From an uncultured Gammaproteobacteria bacterium (GTDB lineage: Bacteria > Patescibacteriota > Patescibacteriia > JACPL01 > CAZRYK01): a stretch of DNA of 64,000 bases. Every line of letters begins with the position of its first letter. The stretch's first letter is position 1. The position numbers and the translations under genes are program-made. The notes beneath the pieces are model-generated. The model did not search any database. It was not told the origin of the DNA and was given only the letters and a program-made list of their open reading frames with translations. Below are positions 57,751-64,000 of the stretch, one piece after another. Location of the stretch: the NCBI GenBank assembly GCA_964604315.1, contig CAZRYK010000001.1, positions 2,459-66,458 of the forward strand, given 5' to 3'.

Positions 57751-57839
57751 ACGAAACTATTTAATGATGAGAGGCGCTCAAAAAAAATGAGCGCCCGTAA
57801 TTCTTCGGACGCCCATCCTTTTATAGTATAGAGTTTTCT

Positions 57840-58520
57840 TTAGGGGAACGCAAGCCCATCCGGATTGGCAATGTGCAAACCCGCGCTTAAATCCTTTACC
57901 CCGACTTCTAATGTGTAGCCCAAATCGTAATAGCCGTAGACCTTATTTTTATCTGCCGATCCAATGGGGGTGTAGCTATATTCCTGCCCGCCGGGCGTGG
58001 GATTCTTAGGAATGTCTTTCATGTATTTCGGAGCTAACTCGTCCATTTTTTCCGGGTAACCTTTGCGATCATCATAAAACTTTTTCAATGCACTGCGTAG
58101 AGATTCAATTTCCTCAACGCGTTCGTTGTCGCGGTCTGTTGCTTTCGGCACATCTTCTTTGGCAACTTCCGGAACTTTTTCCACAGCGTCATCGGCTGTT
58201 TCGGCATTCGCTTCTTCGTCCACGGTGGCATTGTCATCTGTGGTTTCTGCAGGTGTTTCTTGGCCAGGCTGTTGCGTGGCTTGTTCGCCTAACACTTCGC
58301 CTTCATCGTATTGCGATTCATCATACGCAAATTCCGAATCGTCATTGGTGTTTGCAGTTTCGGTTTCATCGCCCGAAGGACGATTCACCGCAATGGCTAC
58401 CACTGCAATAACCACAACAGCTAAAACGGCAAGTCCTAACATTTTTTGCCGTTTATTTCCATCGTTCATGCCGGGTCTTTCGAACGCTGGACTTTTTCTT
58501 ACAACGTTATTGTCTGCCAT
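57840..58520 (-). CDS. Membrane-anchored protein with GspG/pseudopilin-like C-terminal domain but no prepilin signal
   Basis: 'LRSALKKFYDDRKGYPEKMDELAPKYMKDIPKNPTPGGQEYSY' resembles the pilin globular domain; acidic linker; no G/FTLIE motif. Confidence 0.4.
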   Translation of the reverse strand: MADNNVVRKSPAFERPGMNDGNKRQKMLGLAVLAVVVIAVVAIAVNRPSGDETETANTNDDSEFAYDESQYDEGEVLGEQATQQPGQETPAETTDDNATVDEEANAETADDAVEKVPEVAKEDVPKATDRDNERVEEIESLRSALKKFYDDRKGYPEKMDELAPKYMKDIPKNPTPGGQEYSYTPIGSADKNKVYGYYDLGYTLEVGVKDLSAGLHIANPDGLAFP

Positions 58521-58606
58521 AAGTTTAAAGATAGTATTAAAACATTTACACTATACTGTAAAACATTTATTTTGTCAAATTCAACCGGTTGACACAACGG
58601 CGATTT

Positions 58607-58772
58607 TTTAGAGCTCATCTCAAAAATAGCTTTCAAGACATTTGAGATGCCATTTGAGCCGAAACACTTGAAGGACGAGGAGGAATAGTGGTACTATTGC
58701 GACGAGTTCTGAAAGTGTTGCAGGCCAAATGGGGCTAAAATGGCCGGAAGATTATTTTTGAGATGAGCTCTA
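58607..58772. repeat. IR-bounded conserved structured element, copy 2 (homologous to 18752-18912)
   Basis: 20-bp perfect terminal IR TTTAGAGCTCATCTCAAAAATA / TATTTTTGAGATGAGCTCTA. Same conserved core, with hairpin GAATAG-TGGTA-CTATTG. Confidence 0.5.
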
Positions 58773-58814
58773 GTACCAATAAGCAGTAACGTTTTATAAA
58801 AACCCCATATAAGG

Positions 58815-58901
58815 GGGCAGGTGGTGTAACTGGTAGCCACGTAAGGTTTAGGACCTTATGCCTTTACCGGCGTGAGGGTTCAAATCCCTCCCTGCCCACC
58901 A
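58815..58901 (+). tRNA. tRNA-Leu (anticodon TAG), class II with long variable arm; CCA encoded
   Basis: Acceptor GGGCAGG/CCTGCCC, anticodon stem TAAGG/CCTTA with loop TTTAGGA, long variable arm, T arm GAGGG-TTCAAAT-CCCTC. Confidence 0.8.
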
Positions 58902-58912
58902 AGAATAAATCC

Positions 58913-58986
58913 GCGCGCTTAGCTCAGTTGGTTAGAGCGTTTGCTCGACACGCAAAAGGTCGGAAGTTCGAATCTTCCAGCGCGCA
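58913..58986 (+). tRNA. tRNA-Val (anticodon GAC), with unusual C at position 33
   Basis: Acceptor GCGCGCT/AGCGCGC, D arm GCTC..GAGC, anticodon stem TTTGC/GCAAA with loop TCGACAC, T arm GGAAG-TTCGAAT-CTTCC. Confidence 0.65.
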
Positions 58987-59156
58987 CGTAAATTTTGCTG
59001 ACGCAAAGTTTGGGTAATGAGTAATTAGTACTTTGTACTTAGCGCAAGGTAGGATATTCTCAAAATATCTTGAGCAAAGTTTACCCCTAAATACCCGCCC
59101 GCCACGCAAGCCGAGCATGCGAGGCGTTGCGGGCAGGCCAATTACTCACACTCACA
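58987..59156 (+). repeat. tRNA 3'-flank repeat element, copy V (includes GC-rich palindromic module 59094-59137)
   Basis: Starts CGTAAATTTTGCTGACGCAAAGTTTG right after the tRNA-Val discriminator; ends ACTCACACTCACACA, overlapping the last codons of vapC. Confidence 0.7.
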
Positions 59157-59538
59157 CAGTATAAATCTCAAGATCAGGGATCCCTTGAAAATCCCCCGTA
59201 TTTAATGTTGCCAGTTCTGCCTTATTAATGATCGCTGTTGCGGCAATACCCGCATCGACAAATTCTATGGGCCGCAAAAGATCACGCGCAATCTTCCCGG
59301 CGAATTCTGCGGTTTCAAATGTATAAGGAAGAATACGCAGTGGCGCAATCGTTGCAAGCAGATAATCTTCTTTCACCGAATCGCGTGTGCTTCTGCCTTC
59401 ATATAATTCTTGCACCGTGAGTAACGATATTGCTAAATTGGCTTTCGGCACGCGTTTTGCCATTTCCATAAGAAGCGTTGTCGCCGACCCACGCTGACGC
59501 AAATGATCAATAATGATATTCGTATCAAGAATTACCAT
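59152..59538 (-). CDS. vapC: PIN-domain toxin VapC
   Basis: 'MVILDTNIIIDHL'; 128 aa. Confidence 0.8.
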   Translation of the reverse strand: MVILDTNIIIDHLRQRGSATTLLMEMAKRVPKANLAISLLTVQELYEGRSTRDSVKEDYLLATIAPLRILPYTFETAEFAGKIARDLLRPIEFVDAGIAATAIINKAELATLNTGDFQGIPDLEIYTV

Positions 59539-59828
59539 ACTTTCTTTCGTTCTTTTGATGCGGCGAGCTCTTGAGCTTTTCGTTGTTTGTGCAACGATGC
59601 TTCGCTATCTCGCCCCCATGAGCCTCTGGTTTTTTCTAAGATTTTAAGATATGTATTCTCCTCGTCTACATCCCCCACCACTTGCTGAATGAGGGAAATA
59701 TAAATACCCTTGCCTTGAAGCACAATATTAAGTGGAGTGGCAGAATGGATGCCAAGCGTATCCCGCAACGATTTCGGGATCACTATTTGGCCTTTGGTGT
59801 TAGGAGTGGTAATTATTCCTATCTTCAT
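59532..59828 (-). CDS. vapB: AbrB/SpoVT-type antitoxin VapB
   Basis: 'MKIGIITTPNTKGQIVIPKSLRDTLGI'; overlaps vapC. Confidence 0.7.
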   Translation of the reverse strand: MKIGIITTPNTKGQIVIPKSLRDTLGIHSATPLNIVLQGKGIYISLIQQVVGDVDEENTYLKILEKTRGSWGRDSEASLHKQRKAQELAASKERKKVW

Positions 59829-59913
59829 ACTAGTTCTATTTTATTACAAGTCTGACATTCTGTCAATGTCCTAAGCTTAGCTTAGGACATTCGGTTTGAT
59901 TTGAATTTCGTCA

Positions 59914-59972
59914 AAAGAAAAAGCCCGGGAAGAGTTGGTGTACAACTCTACAACCCGGGCTTGGTGCTTTTT
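59914..59972. terminator. Nested-palindrome rho-independent terminator, usable in both directions
   Basis: AAAAAGCCCGGG-[AGAGTTG GTGTAC AACTCT]-CCCGGGCTT..CTTTTT. Confidence 0.55.
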
Positions 59973-59996
59973 GACCAGAAGCATAACTGGGCGGGA

Positions 59997-60650
59997 CTAC
60001 GCGAGCGAGGTGATCGCCATACCGTTCGCGTCGAAGCAGTAGTCAGCCTCGCTCGCGGGGTCATAGTCGCTGACCTGCGAGCAAATGATCAGCCGTGCGC
60101 CACCCGCGGGCATGTCGTCCATGGGCTCGCCGAAGAGGTATTCGTACGCGGGCTCGTGGGTCGTTCCGTGGCCCACGACGATCAGGACCGTGCGGTGATC
60201 GACGCAGTTGAGAAGTTCGTTGATCGCCGAGCCTGCCCGCTGTCCCACGACTCCGACGCTCTCGGTGCCGACGCTCGACAGAAGGCGCAAATCCGCGTTG
60301 CGCCACGCCTCCATGAACCCATGCTCGTAGGCCGGCAGATCGGGCACGGCGCCACGGAACTTCCCGAGGTTCTGCATCTCGCACCCCAAACTCGCATTGG
60401 GTGCCAGAAGGCGGACAGCGATGTTCATGTTGCGCAGGACCTGGGTGTAGCGCGCGGCCCCTTCCATGGCACGCGGCTCGTCGCTCGACACAACGGCAAC
60501 CGTGAGAGCGTCGCCTGCGTTCTTGAGAGCTTGGATCTGTTCGCCCACCCAGCGGGCCGAACGCTCGAGCTGTGCGAAGCCGCGTGGAGTTGTCCGGTTG
60601 TTCTTGTGGTCACCGTGACGAGCCAGCACCAACATCTGATTGAAGTTCAT
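59997..60650 (-). CDS. Histidine phosphatase (phosphoglycerate-mutase-like) family protein, encoded in a roughly 62% GC segment
   Basis: 'LVLARHGDH'; start placed at MNFNQ with RBS GGAGAAGAAA (ATG 60648-60650). Confidence 0.7.
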   Translation of the reverse strand: MNFNQMLVLARHGDHKNNRTTPRGFAQLERSARWVGEQIQALKNAGDALTVAVVSSDEPRAMEGAARYTQVLRNMNIAVRLLAPNASLGCEMQNLGKFRGAVPDLPAYEHGFMEAWRNADLRLLSSVGTESVGVVGQRAGSAINELLNCVDHRTVLIVVGHGTTHEPAYEYLFGEPMDDMPAGGARLIICSQVSDYDPASEADYCFDANGMAITSLA

Positions 60651-60898
60651 TTTCTTCTCCGTCAGGCCACGCAACGCGGGATTGCGTTGTTTCTTGGCCT
60701 GGAATAAGCGCGTCTTTTGAGACGATCTTATGCCAGACCAAGAAGTTGACAATTTGTCAAAGTTCTAGCGTAACGAAAGATAATATCACATGGCACATTA
60801 AGTGTCACAAATGCCGGCATTTTTATAAAATACTTGATTATTTGGCTTATGTATGATATACTTATGTTGTCGTAAATGCCGACATAAATGACAAAATC

Positions 60899-61642
60899 AT
60901 GAAAAATGAACAAATAATCAATCTTGTAAAGGAGCTTGGCTTATCTGATCTTGAGGCAAGAGTCTATTTTTCTACCCTTTCTTTGGGTCCAACAACGGTA
61001 CTCAAAATCGCCCGATCTTCGGAAATCAAGCGATCCACGGTCTATTCTGTTCTTGAAGACTTAATCAAGAAGGGGTTTATGCGCGTGGAGCCCAAGGGGT
61101 TTAAGCGACTGTTCGCGGCCGAAAACCCGCGCGCTCTTGAGCGAGCGTTGGAAGACCGGCGCAAGCGGTTCCGCACGGTTCTGCCGGAACTTGAGGCGCT
61201 CTACAACCAACGCGAGGGCAGTTCCGTGATTAAGTATTATGAGGGTATCAAAGCCGTAAAAGGCGTATACGAATCGCTTTTACTGGAACTACGGCCACAC
61301 ATGGATTACATGGTGATTGCTAACATTCAACAATGGCTCGCGGCAGACGAGGACTTTTTTCTAAAATGGCGCGTGAAACGATCAAAGTTAAAACTGAACA
61401 GCCGATTGATTTTTGAAGATAACGAACAAGGCCAACAATTCAAAAAAAACGCCGCAAACTATTTTGAAGCGGTTAAACTCCTGCCCACCGAGCGACATGT
61501 GGACACAAGTCTCGTGATCACGCCCACAAAAGCCATTATTCACCAGTATACCGAGCCTGTGAGCGTGTTGGTGAACGAAAGCAAGGCAAGTTTACTGCTC
61601 TACCGCGAAATGTTCGAAATGATTTGGGACGCGCTTCCATAA
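60899..61642 (+). CDS. TrmB-family (archaeal-type sugar-responsive) transcriptional regulator
   Basis: wHTH 'LSDLEARVYFSTLSLGPTTVLKIARSSEIKRSTVYSVLEDLIKKG'; 247 aa. Confidence 0.7.
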   Translation: MKNEQIINLVKELGLSDLEARVYFSTLSLGPTTVLKIARSSEIKRSTVYSVLEDLIKKGFMRVEPKGFKRLFAAENPRALERALEDRRKRFRTVLPELEALYNQREGSSVIKYYEGIKAVKGVYESLLLELRPHMDYMVIANIQQWLAADEDFFLKWRVKRSKLKLNSRLIFEDNEQGQQFKKNAANYFEAVKLLPTERHVDTSLVITPTKAIIHQYTEPVSVLVNESKASLLLYREMFEMIWDALP

Positions 61643-61805
61643 GAAGACGCTTTTTAGAAGAGTCTTCCATTTTCCAAGTATTTTTGTTAGAGTACGTTCG
61701 CATACTTCTTAAATGCTCTTAATTCTCCAATGCGTTATAAGGGCAATATCAAAATGCAATTAAAATCATCTTGTACATAGATAAACTCTATGGTACGATG
61801 TTATC

Positions 61806-62480
61806 ATGCGTGCTTATAGCAAGATACAACAAAAAGCTATTCTCTTAAGAAGAGGAGGAAAGACCTACTCCGAAATCCAGCGCATTCTTAAAATAAAAAT
61901 CCCAAAAAGTACTCTCTCTACATGGTGCCACCAATATTCTCTTTCGCAAGAACACCAACAAAGGATCGATAAGATCGTTAATTTGAACCTTAAAAAAGCA
62001 CGAGAAATAGGATTACTTGTCCATGTAAAAAAAAGGAAATTATACTTCGCGGAAATAGAGTATAGAAATCGTGGACTACTAGCTTCACTAAGAAATAAGA
62101 AAGTTGCAAAACTTGCGCTTGCAGTTCTCTATGTCGCGGAAGGTAGTAAAAGGAATATTGGCTCTTTAACTTTTGGAAATTCCGATCCTGGCATCATAAA
62201 ACTCTTTTTTCAACTCCTGCGATACTGTTACTCCATCGATGAAACAAAATTTCGATGTACCCTCCAATGTCGGGCTGACCAAGATACTGAAAAATTAGAA
62301 GAATTTTGGTCGAGAGTCACGCGAATCCCTCGAAAACAATTTTATCATGCAAGAGTTGATCCGCGAACGGTTGGGAAACCTTCACGAAAAATCGATTACA
62401 AGGGGGTTTGTAGAGTTAATTATTTCTCTGCTGAAATTTTCCACGAACTTTCTATAATAGGAAAAATGATAACATCATAA
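61806..62480 (+). CDS. Free-standing LAGLIDADG-like homing endonuclease with N-terminal HTH, in an AT-rich islet
   Basis: 'LAKLALAVLYVAEGSKRNIGSLTFGNSD' resembles the single-motif LAGLIDADG core (compare I-CreI 'LAGFVDGDGS...LSLTFQV'). About 36% GC versus 47% surroundings. Stop is immediately followed by tRNA-Ala. Confidence 0.5.
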   Translation: MRAYSKIQQKAILLRRGGKTYSEIQRILKIKIPKSTLSTWCHQYSLSQEHQQRIDKIVNLNLKKAREIGLLVHVKKRKLYFAEIEYRNRGLLASLRNKKVAKLALAVLYVAEGSKRNIGSLTFGNSDPGIIKLFFQLLRYCYSIDETKFRCTLQCRADQDTEKLEEFWSRVTRIPRKQFYHARVDPRTVGKPSRKIDYKGVCRVNYFSAEIFHELSIIGKMITS

Positions 62481-62552
62481 GGGCCCTTAGCTCATTTGGT
62501 AGAGCGTCTGGCTGGCAGTCAGAAGGTGACCGGTTCGATCCCGGTAGGGTCC
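62481..62552 (+). tRNA. tRNA-Ala (anticodon GGC)
   Basis: Acceptor GGGCCCT/AGGGTCC with G3:U70, anticodon stem TCTGG/TCAGA with loop CTGGCAG, T arm ACCGG-TTCGATC-CCGGT. Confidence 0.85.
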
Positions 62553-62708
62553 ACAACACGTACCGTATGGTACGTGGTCCACGTAAACTTTGCTCACGCA
62601 AAGTTTGTGTAATGAGTCATTCGTAGTTGATACCTAGCGCAAGGTAGAATTTTCTTAAAATCTCTTGAGCAAAGTTTACCCCTAAATACAAACTACTCAC
62701 ACTCACAC
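62553..62708 (+). repeat. tRNA 3'-flank repeat element, copy A
   Basis: After a 28-nt hairpin (ACGTACC-GTAT-GGTACGT) that re-duplicates GGTCCA of the tRNA end, the sequence CGTAAACTTTGCTCACGCAAAGTTTG...ACTCACACTCACACA aligns with copies V and C. Confidence 0.7.
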
Positions 62709-62710
62709 AA

Positions 62711-63091
62711 TTGCTGGCGAAATTTTGTATGCCCATTCTTACTGGCAACACGCGCGAACGTATTCAACAAAAACCCGAACATAACGCCTGGTTTGTTGGC
62801 CATTTTTTAACGGAAGATTCTCCGCTGAAAAATGATCACGCGGAAGTGAAATGGATCGAGCGCAAAAAAGGCATGACAAAACAGAACAAAAAACATACCC
62901 AAACGGCACATTCGCTTATTATCTTGATCGCGGGGAAAATACAATTTCATTTTCACGAAACCCAAAAATCCTATACACTATCTAAGCAAGGCGATTATCT
63001 TTACTACGATGCCAGTGAGGATTCCCATGAAAGTCTGCCTCTTGAAGATGTGACGGCAATCGAAATTCGCTGGCCATCGAAACGATCGTAA
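62711..63091 (+). CDS. Hypothetical small protein (possibly cupin-like); track ORF starts at TTG, first ATG at 62729
   Basis: 126 aa; beta-rich; no catalytic motif recognised. Confidence 0.35.
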   Translation: MLAKFCMPILTGNTRERIQQKPEHNAWFVGHFLTEDSPLKNDHAEVKWIERKKGMTKQNKKHTQTAHSLIILIAGKIQFHFHETQKSYTLSKQGDYLYYDASEDSHESLPLEDVTAIEIRWPSKRS

Positions 63092-63110
63092 AATACATCC
63101 GCAATAGAGT

Positions 63111-63183
63111 CGGGGTATGGCGCAGTTGGTAGCGCGCACGCTTCGGGTGCGTGAGGCCCCCGGTTCGAGTCCGGGTACCCCGA
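63111..63183 (+). tRNA. tRNA-Pro (anticodon CGG)
   Basis: Acceptor CGGGGTA/TACCCCG, D stem GCGC/GCGC, anticodon stem CACGC/GCGTG with loop TTCGGGT, T arm CCCGG-TTCGAGT-CCGGG. Confidence 0.85.
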
Positions 63184-63242
63184 CTCTGTTACGGATTAAA
63201 ATAACGGCGCGCCCCGACGTACGTCGGGGAGGTCGAGGGTAT

Positions 63243-63284
63243 CCCGCCCGCCACGCAAGCCGAGCTTGCGAGGCGTTGCGGGCA
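63243..63284. repeat. Isolated copy of the GC-rich palindromic module of the tRNA-flank repeat
   Basis: CCCGCCCGCCACGCAAGCCGAGCTTGCGAGGCGTTGCGGGCA matches 59094-59137 apart from one base; lies 60 nt after tRNA-Pro. Confidence 0.5.
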
Positions 63285-63435
63285 CGCGAATCCGGCATCC
63301 CCGACCAAGAGAGAAAAAAATGAGGCCAAGGGTGTATGTTCGAAACTCGGTTTTGGACATACGATCTGTGGACAGTTTTTTTGCTTAATCGCAAAAAATC
63401 TATTATACTTGAGCTCTCATCACTAACACTTTTTT

Positions 63436-63783
63436 ATGAACAGAGAAACAGAACTCCCCATGGAGGTTCGTATAGCACAGGAATTGATCCCTGCTATTGA
63501 AAAAGCGAGCACAGCCACCGGGTACGACGGAACGGTCAGAAGCATTGATAGCCTCTACGGGTATTTAGCTAATGGCGGAAAAATAGACGATAAGACAAAG
63601 GTAGACCTTTTGCGCGCTCTTAGCGAATGGACTCGGATACAAAAATTAAACTTTACTACGGGCCTTAATATTATAAAAATGCTGGAAAAAAAATCCCCCG
63701 ATGATTCAGGACTTACACAAACAGTTCATTCTGAAAATGATGGCGTAAGCATAGAAGAATCTAAAGGACTGACGGAACAATAA
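63436..63783 (+). CDS. Hypothetical protein
   Basis: 115 aa; no motif recognised. Confidence 0.4.
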   Translation: MNRETELPMEVRIAQELIPAIEKASTATGYDGTVRSIDSLYGYLANGGKIDDKTKVDLLRALSEWTRIQKLNFTTGLNIIKMLEKKSPDDSGLTQTVHSENDGVSIEESKGLTEQ

Positions 63784-63894
63784 ATTCAACAACCGCGAAC
63801 AGTTGCGATGATGAAGTTCGAAACTCGGTTTTGAACATACGGTTCAAGAGGTTTTTGTTATTGCGTTGTAGGTGTACCCTTCCCCAGACTATAC

Positions 63895-64000
63895 TATAGA
63901 CCTCACACTATGAAAGTGAACTTAGAAATACAAAAACAAGATGAGATGCGACGGGTTGGAGCAAGAAAAAATACGAAGTGTAGCCATAGCTACATTGAGT
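63895..64000. mobile_element. Second copy of the MITE-like element (truncated by the window end)
   Basis: TATAGACCTCACACTATGAAAGTGAACTTAGAAATACAAAAACAAGATGAGATGCGACGGGTTGGAGCAAGAAAAAA...GTGTAGCCATAGCTACATTGAGT aligns with 43738-43845; again preceded by TA. Confidence 0.45.

Noticed and set aside
56711-57790. 359-aa plus-strand ORF
   Set aside because: Antisense to the lamin-tail-domain gene. Ser/Gly/Pro-rich translation with no motif. It is the shadow frame of a well-supported CDS.
1-64000. CRISPR arrays, integrase, transposase, or phage structural genes
   Set aside because: I looked for regularly spaced direct repeats and for recombinase/transposase motifs in all frames and saw none. The mobile-looking features here are non-autonomous (MITE-like element, tRNA-flank repeats, homing endonuclease).

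Overview
This 64 kb window looks like a compact, roughly 47% GC bacterial chromosome segment. The gene content suggests a small-genome CPR/Patescibacteria-like lineage: an Elp3 homolog, a TrmB-type regulator, a lamin-tail-domain surface protein, and tightly packed, overlapping operons. This phylogenetic placement is an inference. Most of the window is housekeeping. DNA repair and recombination genes are ruvB, ruvA, recA, uvrB, polA, xseAB, ssb, ftsK and holA. Translation genes are rpsF-ssb-rpsR, rpsT, efp, trpS and ychF. C1 metabolism is represented by glyA-folD. Cell-wall precursor genes include murI, two phosphohexomutases, an NDP-sugar pyrophosphorylase and a FemAB-like protein. There are also a csoR-copA copper module, an hsp20, six tRNA genes (Gly-CCC, Cys-GCA, Leu-TAG, Val-GAC, Ala-GGC, Pro-CGG) and three toxin-antitoxin pairs or orphans (DinJ/YafQ, VapBC, a lone PIN).

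The unusual content falls into three groups. (1) The non-coding sequence is strongly structured and repetitive. A roughly 160-bp repeat family sits directly at the 3' end of three tRNAs, and one GC-rich module of it recurs after a fourth. A near-palindromic MITE-like element of about 180 bp occurs in at least two copies flanked by TA. A 675-bp GC-rich block of about 62% GC, with no credible ORF and dense nested helices, lies just upstream of uvrB. Two homologous elements of about 165 nt, each bounded by inverted repeats, lie upstream of rpsF and upstream of a tRNA cluster. A strong sigma70-like promoter drives a candidate sRNA of about 125 nt. A tRNA-like T-arm is embedded in a roughly 225-nt element closed by a P1-type helix. 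There are also two short hairpin/repeat families. (2) A three-gene overlapping operon encodes a YheC/D-type ATP-grasp protein, an ATP-grasp fused to a retropepsin-like protease, and a 7TM protein. It matches a computationally predicted but uncharacterised peptide-ligase/peptidase membrane system. (3) Three small genes differ in composition from their surroundings. Two GC-rich genes are a 65% GC hypothetical and a histidine phosphatase, and one AT-rich gene is a LAGLIDADG-like endonuclease directly abutting tRNA-Ala. All three sit in tRNA-associated, accessory-looking regions.

No CRISPR array, integrase or transposase ORF was seen. All calls are from reading the sequence and ORF translations; no searches were run.
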